A stretch of DNA of 64,000 nucleotides from Antechinus flavipes. Taxonomy: Eukaryota. The stretch covers positions 615,660,001 through 615,724,000 of the forward strand of contig NC_067400.1 in assembly GCF_016432865.1 (NCBI RefSeq), in the 5' to 3' direction. The position numbers were made by a program, and so were the translations under genes. Shown piece after piece: positions 33,501 to 43,102 of the stretch. Below the pieces are notes generated by a model. That model was not told the origin of the DNA. It searched no databases and saw nothing but the letters and a program-made list of their open reading frames with translations. Each line of letters begins with the position of its first letter. The first letter of the stretch is position 1.

Positions 33501-36500
33501 TGTCTTTTTTTATAGGAATATCTTTCCAGATAACCTTGTGTCGGCTGCCTTCCGCTCTGTAAGTCTTAAGGGTTGAGGGAATGGAGGGGAGGGGAGTGGG
33601 AGGGCAAAGAGTGGGCTCAGCAAATAATCTCCTTTTCTCCCCGATTCCTTTCACCCCAGTATTCCACTGAGTACGAGCTGAATAACTCCAACATGACCTT
33701 GATGAAGGTAATGGGGGGTGCTGGTATCTCCCCTCTCTTATTCTCTGTATCTACTTGTTTTTTCTCCTTCCTCTCCCTTCTCTTCTCTCCTTCTTTCCCT
33801 CTCCTTTTCCCCTTCCCCCCTCTCCTTTCTCCTATTTCGCTCTTTCCCCTCCCTTTTTTCTCCTCTTCCTCATTTCCTCCCTTTCCCTTCTTCCTCTCTC
33901 TCCTTCCTCTTTTCTTTCTCTTCTTCCCTTTTCCCCCTTCCTTTCATCCTTTTCTTCTTCCTCTCTTCCACCTCCCCTCTTTGTCACTTTTCTCTCCGTT
34001 TTCCTCCTTCCTTTCTCCCTTCTCTTTTTTCCCTTTCCCCCTTCATCCTCTTTTCTTTTCTTTTCTCTTCTCCTTTCCCCCTCTCCTTTCTCCTCTTTCT
34101 GGGACTTTTCTCTCCCTTTTTTCTCCTTCCCCCTCTCTCTCCCTTTTCTTTTCTCTTTCCCTTCCTCCCCCCTCTCCTTCCTTTCTCTCTCCCTGTCCTT
34201 TCCTTCCTCTTTTGTCTCTCCTTCCTCTTTTTTCTCCTTTCTCTTTTTTCCCTCCCTCTCCTTCATCCTCTTTTTTCCCTTCCTCCTTTCCTTCCCTCTC
34301 CCCCTCTCCTTTCTCCTCTTTCTGGGACTTTTCTCTCCCTTTTTTCTCCTTCCCCCTCTCTCTCCCTTTTCTTTTCTCTTTCCCTTCCTCCCCCCTCTCC
34401 TTCCTTTCTCTCTCCCTGTCCTTTCCTTCCTCTTTTGTCTCTCCTTCCTCTTTTTTCTCCTTTCTCTTTTTTCCTTCCCTCTCCTTCATCCTCTTTTTTC
34501 CCTTCCTCCTTTTCTTCCCTCTCCCCCTCTCCTTTCTCTTTGTCACTTTTTTCTTCCCCTTTCTCTCTTTCCTCTTTACCTCCTTCCCCCTCTCTTTCTC
34601 TCTTCTTTTCTTTTGTACTTTCTTTCTCCCTTCTCTCCTTCCATTTTCTCTGCCTCCATCCCCTCCTTCTTCTTCCCCCTCCCCCCTCTGTCCTTCCCTT
34701 CTTCCCTCTTTCCCTCTCTTTTCTTCCCCCCTCCCCCACTCCCATCAGTTGACTTTCCAGTTCTTTTCACTTTCTTCTCGTTCAGTCGGTCTTGGACTGG
34801 GCTTCCCAGTGACTGTAAGGAAAGCAGAGCAAGGCAAGCGGGAAGAGGGTCTTTTGGAAGGGAGTTGATGGAAAAGAAGCGTGCCATTCCTTGTCAGGTT
34901 GGGAAAGGCCCAGCGGTAGTGGGGGGCCAAGGCCCCTTCCGGTCCACGTGGGCAGGCCCTTGCGCCTTCTCTTTCTGTCCTCCTCGGACCCAAGCTCGTG
35001 CCTGGCTCCGACTGAGGATGGGCCTTTCCAGCCGCCGGCCCTCTCTGCAGCCTGGAGGAGGCTCCGCTTTCGCCACGGGGCCTTTCTGGGCTCGGCCCGG
35101 GACGGGGGACACGGAGGCGTTTGGGGGCGCACGAGTCTAGCCCAAGCCCTGGCTGTTTTGTGGACTCGCGGCCGTCGGCCCAGTTGCTGTTCCTTCTGCT
35201 GAAGCGGCCACAGTTTCCCCCGTGCTTGGAAACGCGGCTCGCGCCCTCCCCCACGGAGTCACCTCGGGGCGCACTCGCCCTGTGGTCGGTTGAATTTGGT
35301 ACTTCCCGGGTCTGCCCCTGAACGTCCCTCGTCTGTAAGATAGGAACGAGAGGGCCCACCCGGGGTGGAGGCAGCGAGATGCTGGCCGTGACCGCGCGCT
35401 CCCACAAGCCCGGGCCCTCCTGGCCGCCGCGCGCCGCGCACTAAAGCTGCAAACGGGCCTTTGCTTGGCCTCCATTTTTCCCGCCCTAGGTCCCGGTTGG
35501 CCGGGAGGTGGAAGGGATGAACATTCTGGGGCTGGTGGTGTTCGCCATGGTGCTCGGGGTCGCCCTCCGGAAGATGGGCGCAGAAGGGGAGCTGCTCATC
35601 CGCTTCTTCAACTCCTTCAACGAGGCCACGATGATCATGGTGTCCTGGATCATGTGGTAGGCGCGGGGAGCGGGGTGCCCGAATCACGTGGCATGGTGTG
35701 GGGGCGGGGCCTCTCGGATCACGTGGCAGGGTGGGGGCGGGGCCTCCTGAAGGCCGGGGGCCCTTGCTGGGGGGGGGGGGGGGCGGAGAGAGGCCGAGGA
35801 GTGGGCCCTCTCGGAGAAGGGGCTGCTTCATCCCTCCCCACAGGTACGCCCCCGTGGGCATCATGTTCCTGATTGCGGGCAAGATCGTGGAGATGGAGGA
35901 CGTGGGCCAGCTCTTTGCCAACCTGGGCAAGTACGTGTGCTGCTGCATCCTGGGGCACATCATCCACGGGCTGGTGGTGCTGCCCCTCATCTACTTCGTC
36001 ATCACGCGCAAGAACCCTTACCGCTTCCTGTGGGGCATCGTGCCGGCCCTGGCCACCGCCTTCGGGACCTCCTCCAGGTACAGGAAGCGGCGCCCTTTTC
36101 CTGTTCCCCCCGGGCTGCCCAGGTGCTCTGGAACCACCTCCCTCCAACCCCGAACCTTCCGCCCGAAGGGCCGCATCTCTCCAGGCCTTGGTCAGCTGCT
36201 GGGGAAAGGCGAAGAGGCCGGACTCGGCCCCGCCTCCCAGCGCGTCCTCTGGACTGGGGGTGGGGCGGCGGGCGGGCTGGGCCGGAGCAGAACCGGGCTG
36301 GGCCGGACCGCCGGGACCCACTCCGGTCCCCTTGTTGTCTCCAGCTCGGCCACGCTCCCGCTGATGATGGAGTGTGTAGAGGAGAGAAACGGGGTCTCCA
36401 AACACATCAGCCGGTTCATCCTGCCCATCGGGGCCACGGTCAACATGGACGGCGCCGCCCTCTTCCAGTGTGTGGCCGCCGTCTTTATTGCCCAGATGAA

Positions 36501-37108
36501 CAATGTGCCCCTCAAGTTCATCCAAGTCCTCACCATCCTGTGAGCGGGGAGATGGGGGGCTGAGAGGAGGGGGGTGGGGGGCAGGGACCTGGCCACGACT
36601 AGGGCTGACCCCGAACTCCTTCCCTGGGGCAGCATCACAGCCACGGCCTCGAGCGTGGGGGCGGCTGGCATCCCGGCAGGGGGCGTGCTGACCCTGGCTA
36701 TCATCCTGGAGGCCATCAGTCTGCCCACCAAAGACATCTCCTTCATCCTGGCGGTGGATTGGCTGGTGTGAGTATGCGGGCTCCTCCTCCCAACCCCACC
36801 CTCCCCCACTCCCGAGGCCACGGGCAGTCGGCCTCCTGCGGGCGCTCACGCCGCCGCCTCTCCCTCTGGCCCACAGGGACCGCTTCTGCACCATCATCAA
36901 CGTGGAAGGGGACGCCTTTGGGGCGGGCCTGCTGCAGTGCTACGCAGACCGCGACGGGGCGGGGCTGGGGCCCGAGCCGGCCGAGGTCAAAGAGGCCGTC
37001 ACCGTGGTGGCCCTGTCCCCTGAGGCCGACCCCCTCATTCTCAGGAAAGTCCAGCTTGGCGGCCCCGCGGGGGACGCCGGCGCCTGTGAGAAGGAGTCGG
37101 TCATGTAG
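30557..37108 (+). CDS. SLC1A5: Neutral amino acid transporter B(0)/ASCT2 (524 aa). Exons 30557-31077, 33516-33558, 33660-33707, 35490-35656, 35844-36077, 36345-36539, 36633-36767, 36877-37108
   Basis: SLC1 motifs [71 protein letters not shown] (Cys at the ASCT specificity position) and C-terminal EKESVM. Exon lengths sum to 1575 nt with consistent phases. Synteny with FKRP and AP2S1 supports SLC1A5 over SLC1A4. Confidence 0.97.
33720..34745 (+). repeat. ~1 kb polypyrimidine (CT-rich) tract with ~224-bp internal periodicity in SLC1A5 intron 3
   Basis: Almost purine-free on the + strand. ccccctctcctttctcctctttctgggacttttctctcc recurs at about 34077 and 34301, with diverged starts near 33815 and 34524. 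Confidence 0.9.
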
Positions 37109-37572
37109 GGCTGCGGCGGCAGCTCCCCAGGGGGCTCTCGGACGCTTCAGAGACCATCCTTTTGGAAGGCCTCCCTCCCCTGCTCCGGGCCGGCCCTCCC
37201 TTTGTGGCTGCTGCTCTCGCGCCTATCTTCTGGGCGTGGGGACTGGCCCTCTGGGGCCCAACCGCCTGGGTCCTGGAGGTAATTCCAGGTCCAGAGAGAC
37301 GCCTGGACTGAGCACGAGCACCTCTGGCGGCCTGTTAGCTGCCTGGGGACCAGAGACGGGCAGCTTGGCTCCCCTTGCTGACCAAAGTTTGGCGTCTTCT
37401 CCCACCTACCTCTGCCCCCGACGTAGGCCGAGGCGCCCCGCGCCGTTCTGGCCCAGGCCACCTGAGTGACAGCGCCATCTGGTGGGGGGGGGAGCAGACT
37501 GGCCCCGGCCTCCTCCCTGGCGTTTGGCCCAGCCCGGGGCCTGGTCGCATGGGGAGGGGTGTGGTCCGAGGC

Positions 37573-37578
37573 AATAAA
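37573..37578 (+). terminator. SLC1A5 polyadenylation signal AATAAA
   Basis: AATAAA about 465 nt after the stop, followed by tgtgtgtct. Confidence 0.8.
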
Positions 37579-37833
37579 TGTGTGTCTAACCATGCCCTGA
37601 CTCCTGTGCTATCTGGGGGACCTGTCGGGACGAGCCCACTGGGCCGGGGGAGCTGAAGACCAAGGACTGCGGGCGCAGGCTGAGCCCCTGCCCTCAAGTC
37701 CCCAGGGTCCCTCTTTTTCCCTGTGGCCCCCCCTCCAGGAGTCCCAGGAGTTGGGGGACAGTGCCCCCTGGTGGTGGATGGGATCTGTGAACCACATGCA
37801 GACAGTCTGGGCCAGCCTGGTAGCAGGGGGTCT

Positions 37834-37839
37834 TTTATT
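37834..37839 (-). terminator. Probable FKRP polyadenylation signal (TTTATT on +)
   Basis: First minus-strand AATAAA after the FKRP stop at 37990. Confidence 0.65.
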
Positions 37840-37989
37840 GCTTCCCTTGCTGTGTCCCCCTCCCCGCGACCCCCCTCCCATTCCTGGACGGCCTCGATCC
37901 TCTCCATGCACGACTGAGATTCAGCGCCCTCTTGTCCTGCTCCCGGGGAGCCCCTCGGGAGAGCTGGCTGCCGGCGCCCCGAAGCGCCC

Positions 37990-39486
37990 TCACCCGCTGC
38001 CTGCCAGGCTCTTGAGGGCGGGGTTGGGGTACTCGGGGTTCTCGATGGCGCCGGGCCCGAACTTGAGCTCCAGGAAGCGGCGGTAGTTGTTGGGAGCCTG
38101 GGCCAAGAAGCCCGCGAACTGCAGGGGCACCAGCGGGTGGAGGAAGTGCTCGGGGAACTCCACGTCCTGCCGGTGGTCGAGCCACGTGTCCTTGGTCATG
38201 ACGCCGTTGCGGGGGTAGAAGGGCCACAGGTCCACGTGCAGGTGGTTGGTCTCGCTGTACTGGACGCGGAAGAAGTCTCCCTCCACGGCCTTCTCCCACA
38301 CGAAGCCCCGCTCGTCCACCACCGAGCCGGCCTCGGCCCCCCGCAGCTGCTCGCAGTTGGCCACGTCCTCCAGGTAGATGCCCAGGTCCACATCGTAGTC
38401 CCAGGGGATGATGTCGCCGTGGCGCACGGCTCCCAGCAGGCTGCCGCCCTCCAGCCAGTAGCGCACGCGGGCGGCCTCCAGCACGCCCACCACGTGGCGC
38501 GCCGTCTCGCGCAGGGCCTGCAGGCAGCAGGGCGGCGTCCAGCGGCCCTCGTACAGGTAGGAGGGGGTGTCGCCCACCACCGTGTCAAAGCACCTGGCCG
38601 TCTCCTTGCCGCAGCCAAACCACTCCTGCCGGCCGCCCTCCCAGCTGACCAGCCGCATGTCCAGCGTCCGCAGCAGCGCCTCCCGCCGGGCGCGCCCCTC
38701 CTTCTCCGCCTTCCAGCGGGCGTGGGCCGTGGCCAAGGGGGGCTGCCGGGCGGGGGCGAAGGGCAGGTCCAGGAGGCGCACCGACCACCCGCGGACCGAG
38801 GTCTGCAGGAAGAGGCCGGTGCTCATGGGCCGGGCCAGGGGGGCCGAGAGGTTGAAGAGGTCGCGGGTGCGGACCACTACCACCACCTCCCCATCCAGCG
38901 CGTCGCAGAAGGGCGGGTCCGGGGCCGGCCCGTAGCTGGCTGTCCACTCGCGCACGTTCACCTCCAGCGCCAGGCAGTGGGGGGGGCTCGCGGTGGCCAC
39001 GGGGGCGGCCACCAGGCGGGCGTGGGTGTTCCTCAGCTCCTCTACCATGCGCTGGAGCTGCCCGGGGGTCTCTGCCCGCGTGCCATCGGGCACCAGGGCC
39101 ACGAACTCCGTGTCCACGTAGGTCTCGGGCTGCGAGGCGGCCGCCGGCCGATCCAGGGAGGGCCGGAGCAGGGCCAGCCGCACGTTGGGGACGGCCGGCA
39201 GGGCCAGGGGCGGGTAGGGGAGCGTGTCGGCCGCCACCACGATGGGCTGGCTGGGGTCGAGGTGCAGGAAGGAGGCCACCACCTCGGGCACCGCGTTGTC
39301 AAAGGCTTCGAACTCTCGGATGAGGACGGTGACGCGGGGGTCGGGGGCCGAGTGGGCGAGGCGGGGGGGCCGGACTGCCCGCCCGCCCCGCCGACGCTGC
39401 TGCTGCAGCCGGGACACGTAGAAGAAGACGAGGAGGTTGAGAACAATGGCGGCCGCCAGCGCGACCTGGCATCGGGTGAGACGCAT
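37990..39486 (-). CDS. FKRP: Ribitol-5-phosphate transferase FKRP (fukutin-related protein), 498 aa, single coding exon (acceptor opens at 39527)
   Basis: MRLTRCQ start with a type II TM anchor. Zn-finger cysteines (WFGC..ETARC...TPPCC), nucleotidyltransferase motif [23 protein letters not shown] (DxD) and C-terminal IENPEYPNP. The ORF-track 550-aa version extends into the intron. Confidence 0.98.
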   Translation of the reverse strand: MRLTRCQVALAAAIVLNLLVFFYVSRLQQQRRRGGRAVRPPRLAHSAPDPRVTVLIREFEAFDNAVPEVVASFLHLDPSQPIVVAADTLPYPPLALPAVPNVRLALLRPSLDRPAAASQPETYVDTEFVALVPDGTRAETPGQLQRMVEELRNTHARLVAAPVATASPPHCLALEVNVREWTASYGPAPDPPFCDALDGEVVVVVRTRDLFNLSAPLARPMSTGLFLQTSVRGWSVRLLDLPFAPARQPPLATAHARWKAEKEGRARREALLRTLDMRLVSWEGGRQEWFGCGKETARCFDTVVGDTPSYLYEGRWTPPCCLQALRETARHVVGVLEAARVRYWLEGGSLLGAVRHGDIIPWDYDVDLGIYLEDVANCEQLRGAEAGSVVDERGFVWEKAVEGDFFRVQYSETNHLHVDLWPFYPRNGVMTKDTWLDHRQDVEFPEHFLHPLVPLQFAGFLAQAPNNYRRFLELKFGPGAIENPEYPNPALKSLAGSG

Positions 39487-40204
39487 CTGGCTTTCGGAAG
39501 TGGGGCTAGCCCCAGGATCCTGGTAACCTGGGGGGGTGGGAGGGGGGAAAGGCGGGGAGGCCTTGAGGCCGGGCTCACTCCCCAAACATCCCCTCCTCCC
39601 CTCCCTGCCTTCTCTACACCGCGTCCCCTCCTGGCAGCCCACCCTGACTGACCCCCTGAGGAGAGCAGAGGCCTAGGGTTCAGAGCTGGAAGAACCTCTA
39701 GACTCTTTACCGAGAAGGAAACTGAGGCATAAGAGGGCCATTAGCTCGTGGCTCTCCCGGCAGCTAGGCCCTAGCTCAGCACAGCGTCTGGTCCTGTTGG
39801 GGGGGGTTTCCCTGTTCAATTTTTCGCCCCTTGTAAACGGCTCCCCAATCCCTGCCCAGCCAGGCTGCCCGTGGGCCACGGGAAACCGCCTTCTCGGGCT
39901 CTGCTGCGGGTCCCACCCGTGCCAGGACCTCCCGAGCCTCCCCCAGACTGAGCCCTGCCCCTTCCCAGGTCCCTCTCCAGAGCTGGGGGCTCCCCTCAGG
40001 GAAGCCAGCCTCGAGCCCCTCCCCTGGCCTATGAGTGTGACTCAGTGCCCATCCCTAAGCCCCGGGGCAAGGACCAGCCCAATGGAGTCCAAGTTCGGGA
40101 AGAGGCCGGCAGGCCTGTTTCCACACAGGGCCTCTGAAGGGAACCCTAAAATGCCCCATGTTGCCCCGAGGGGCTGCTCCATCCCTGTCTCCTCTGGGTC
40201 TGGA

Positions 40205-40452
40205 TCCTGGGGGGCCGGCGCTCCCGGAGGAGGGGCCGGCGCTGCCGTGGGAGGGGCCGGGATCCCGGAGGAGGGGCCGGCGCTCCCGGGGGAGGGGCCG
40301 GCGCTGCAGTGGGAGGGGCCGGCACTCCCGGGGGAGGGGCAGGAGCTCCCGGGGGAGGGGCCGGCGCTGCAGTGGGAGGGGCCGGCACTCCCGGGGGAGG
40401 GGCAGGAGCTCCCGGGGGAGGGGCCGGCGCTCCAGGAGGAGGGCCGGCTCGC
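40205..40452 (+). repeat. 21-bp G-rich minisatellite (~12 copies) with a 63-bp higher-order unit, in the last FKRP intron
   Basis: Variants of ggaggggccggcgctcccggg. The trimer ...gctgcagtg / ...gcactcccggg / ...caggagctcccggg is repeated twice. Confidence 0.9.
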
Positions 40453-41246
40453 TGTTGGCAGCCTGGGTTCTCTGCGCCTTCTCTCCAGCCGTGCCCAGAC
40501 TGGCCCTAGCAGCCTCAGCTAGCCCAAGGAAGCTTTCTCGTCTCCGCCCTCGGCCCCGGAAAAACCCCGACCGGAGCAAACAACCTCCTTTCCAGCCCTC
40601 TCGTTCTGCCGAGCCCGGCCTGTCCCAGGACAGAAGCATTTAGGCCTCGCGCCAGGGCGCAGGCTCCTCTCCCCGCTACCCATGGGCTAACCCCTCTAAT
40701 CCTGGGGCTCTGAGCCCCTAGATAGCGCCCTGGGATCACGGAGTCCTATTATTTTACTGAGAGGGGAAGGATCCTGGGTAAGTTGCCCGAACAGGAGAGC
40801 AGCCTCCCCTCTGTGAACTCCTCCCAAAGGTCTGCCCCCCTGGGAGCAAGATCCTGGGCTGGGGGGGAGGTAGGATGGGGGGGCCCTGAGAGGGGTCTGG
40901 CCCAGCTCCGGGCCTCTCGGGAAATTCGGTCTAGGAGGGAGACGAGACGGACACAGACAACTACCATACCAGTGGACCGCGGGATGGAGCGGGGACATTA
41001 GACGTCATCTCCAAGGCCCTAGCTCTGACCCTGACTTCCTGAGTGCCCTTAGGAAAAGTCCCTTCCTTTCTCTGGGCCTCAGTTTCCCCGTCTGTAAAAG
41101 GGATGTTGTGGTTCTTTGAAGGTCTAGGATTCTGAGAAATGAGGGTGGGCATCGTGGTAAAGGGGAAGTGGCCTACCCCAGATCCCACTCCAGCTCAGTT
41201 TCTATTCTAGTCCAGCAGGCCCAAGATTGGGGGTCCTGGAGCTTAC

Positions 41247-41297
41247 CTTTTTAGGACAGAGGAGCATAGAAATCTCCAAGATGGACTGCTTTTCCTG
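41247..41297 (-). other. FKRP: Candidate FKRP non-coding 5'UTR exon (51 nt)
   Basis: On the minus strand: acceptor tttttttcccttcctaattcttcAG and donor AAG|GTAAGC. Inferred from splice signals only. Confidence 0.6.
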
Positions 41298-41582
41298 CTG
41301 AAGAATTAGGAAGGGAAAAAAAGCCTGAATTAGATGCGATTTGGGGACCCCTATCCTCAGGTCTCCTATCTCCTCAGGTATACCCCAATGAAAGGGGGGC
41401 CGCCCCCTTGAAAGGGACAGGGCTTTTTCTGCCTGGCTCAGTCGATGGGGGAAAGGAATGACTTGACCTCTCCTTAAAGGAAGAGAGTAAACACTAGTAA
41501 CTAGGAGTTCCTAGTTACTCCTTTCCCCTTTGGCATCAGTTTAGAATTAGGAAAGGGGTGAGTGGAAAAGAGGGAGCCGGAA

Positions 41583-42354
41583 GTAACCATAGCAACCTGC
41601 CTTCCCCTCCGAATTGCAAACCCATAAGCTCCCATCCCTGAGTCGGTCTGGACACTTCTCTTCGGAGAAGAGCCTATTACCACAGCAACCATCCTTCCTA
41701 ATCGGGATCTCTTCCCAATCCTCTCCCCAGCTTGTTATCCATGTATAGTTGGGAGGGGGGTCCATGGCAATCACCCTTTCTTTCTCTGGGTATTAGCTCA
41801 CCGGGGTCTAGGTGTGGTACTAGGCCTGGATGGACTCAGCAGATGTCTGGGAAGGGGCAAGATTAAGGGGACCATGGTAACAGCTCGAAGGTGGTTCCCA
41901 TGGCAACTGGCCTGGGAAGGCCATTGATCCTGGCCCAGGGTATCCTAAAATTCTGGGGAGAGGAGAGAATAAGGTAAGGGTTTGAAGCCCAAAGTATTGC
42001 CATGGCAAACAACCAGGCTCAGGATGCAGGGTGGGATAGGCTGGGGTTGGAGAAGAGCCTCCCTGAGGCCAGCAGGATTGCTATGGCAACGGTGGGGGGG
42101 AGAGGGAGAAAGGGATCCAGGATTGGCAATTTGTAGAACCCAGGGTGGGCAGGATAGAGGTGTAATGTGAAGGGTCATAGTTGCTATAGCAACCGCGGGG
42201 ATCCAGGAGACAACGTGCAGACTGGTTCCCCGTTTCTATAGCAACCATTTAAGGATGGGGAGAAAGAGCTCTAAGGAGGGGCTAGAACGGGAGGGGGCCA
42301 CGGAGAGGTGGGCTGGATTCAAGATTGGGAAGGCCTATATGTTGCTACAGTAAC
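41583..42354. promoter_or_regulatory. Homotypic cluster of RFX X-box motifs (about 9)
   Basis: GTAACCATAGCAAC 41583, ATTACCACAGCAAC 41676, GGGACCATGGTAAC 41868, GTTCCCATGGCAAC 41894, ATTGCCATGGCAAA 41996, ATTGCTATGGCAAC 42077, GTTGCTATAGCAAC 42180, GTTTCTATAGCAAC 42232, GTTGCTACAGTAAC 42341. Confidence 0.8.
41802..41846 (-). other. FKRP: Candidate FKRP non-coding 5'UTR exon (45 nt)
   Basis: On the minus strand: acceptor atcttgccccttcccAG and donor CCG|GTGAGC. Inferred from splice signals only. Confidence 0.55.
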
Positions 42355-42399
42355 CGGGGCGAGGGGCGGAGCCAGGAGCTTAGACCGGCTGGGATGCCG

Positions 42400-42667
42400 G
42401 GTAGGAGGCTGAGGGGAGGGGTGTCAAAGGGCTAGGACCAAGGGCAGCCCTCCCGGCGCGCGGCCGCCGCCCTGCGCGCCTCCCTCAGGGGCTAAAAGCG
42501 CGCGTGCGCCGGCTGGCACGCGGCGGTAGGGAGCGAGGCTCCTCCCCCCTCCCTCATCCCCGCGGGCTCGAGCGCGCGTGCGCGCGTGCAACCGCCGTCC
42601 GCGAGGGAGGCGCGCGGGGCAGGCGGCGGCCCGCGAGGGCGCGCGCGCGCTCCAGCCGCCGGCCTCC
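42400..42667 (+). promoter_or_regulatory. STRN4 proximal promoter/5'UTR in the shared STRN4-FKRP CpG island
   Basis: NRF1-like GCGCGTGCGC at 42500-42509 and again at about 42573-42590, a GC box (ggggcggag) at about 42363 and dense CpG. Confidence 0.65.
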
Positions 42668-43069
42668 ATGATGGAGGAGCGAGCGGCCCCCGCCGCCGCC
42701 GCCGCCGCCGCCGCAGCAGCCGCCGCCGCCGCCGCCGCCGCGACCGCCCCCGCCTGCCGCCCGCCGGCCCCCAGCCCCGCCAAGGGCAGCGGGGGCGGCG
42801 GGGGCGGGGCCGGCGGGGGTAGCCCCGGGGCGGGCCCCGAGCCGCTGAGCCTGCCCGGCATCCTGCACTTCATCCAGCACGAGTGGGCGCGCTTCGAGGC
42901 GGAGAAGGCGCGCTGGGAGGCCGAGCGGGCCGAGCTGCAGGTGAGCCGCCGCCGCCGCCCCACCTCCCCCCGGCCCGGGCCGCCGCCGCCCCCGCCCCAG
43001 CCGGTCCAGGACCCGCCCCCGCCCGGCCCGACCCGCCCCCCATCGCTGCCCGAGCCCCGGGCCCCTCAC

Positions 43070-43102
<33 letters not shown>

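Noticed and set aside
33481-33515. ccttccag|TAT TCA ACC resembling a duplicate start of SLC1A5 exon 3 (YST) just before exon 2
   Set aside because: Use of this AG would add 25 nt and frameshift, and the similarity ends after three codons. Treated as coincidence.
33573-35140. 431-461 aa Phe/Ser/Leu/Pro-rich ORFs and Lys/Glu/Arg-rich antisense ORFs
   Set aside because: Artefacts of the CT-rich tract, which cannot encode stops. The same applies to the ORFs at 15622-16133.
39487-39642. 550-aa FKRP ORF starting at 39642
   Set aside because: It begins at a non-ATG codon inside the intron, upstream of the acceptor at 39527. The canonical start is the ATG at 39486.
38137-39651. 504-aa plus-strand ORF opposite FKRP
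   Set aside because: Antisense shadow of GC3-rich FKRP codons, with no recognisable domain.
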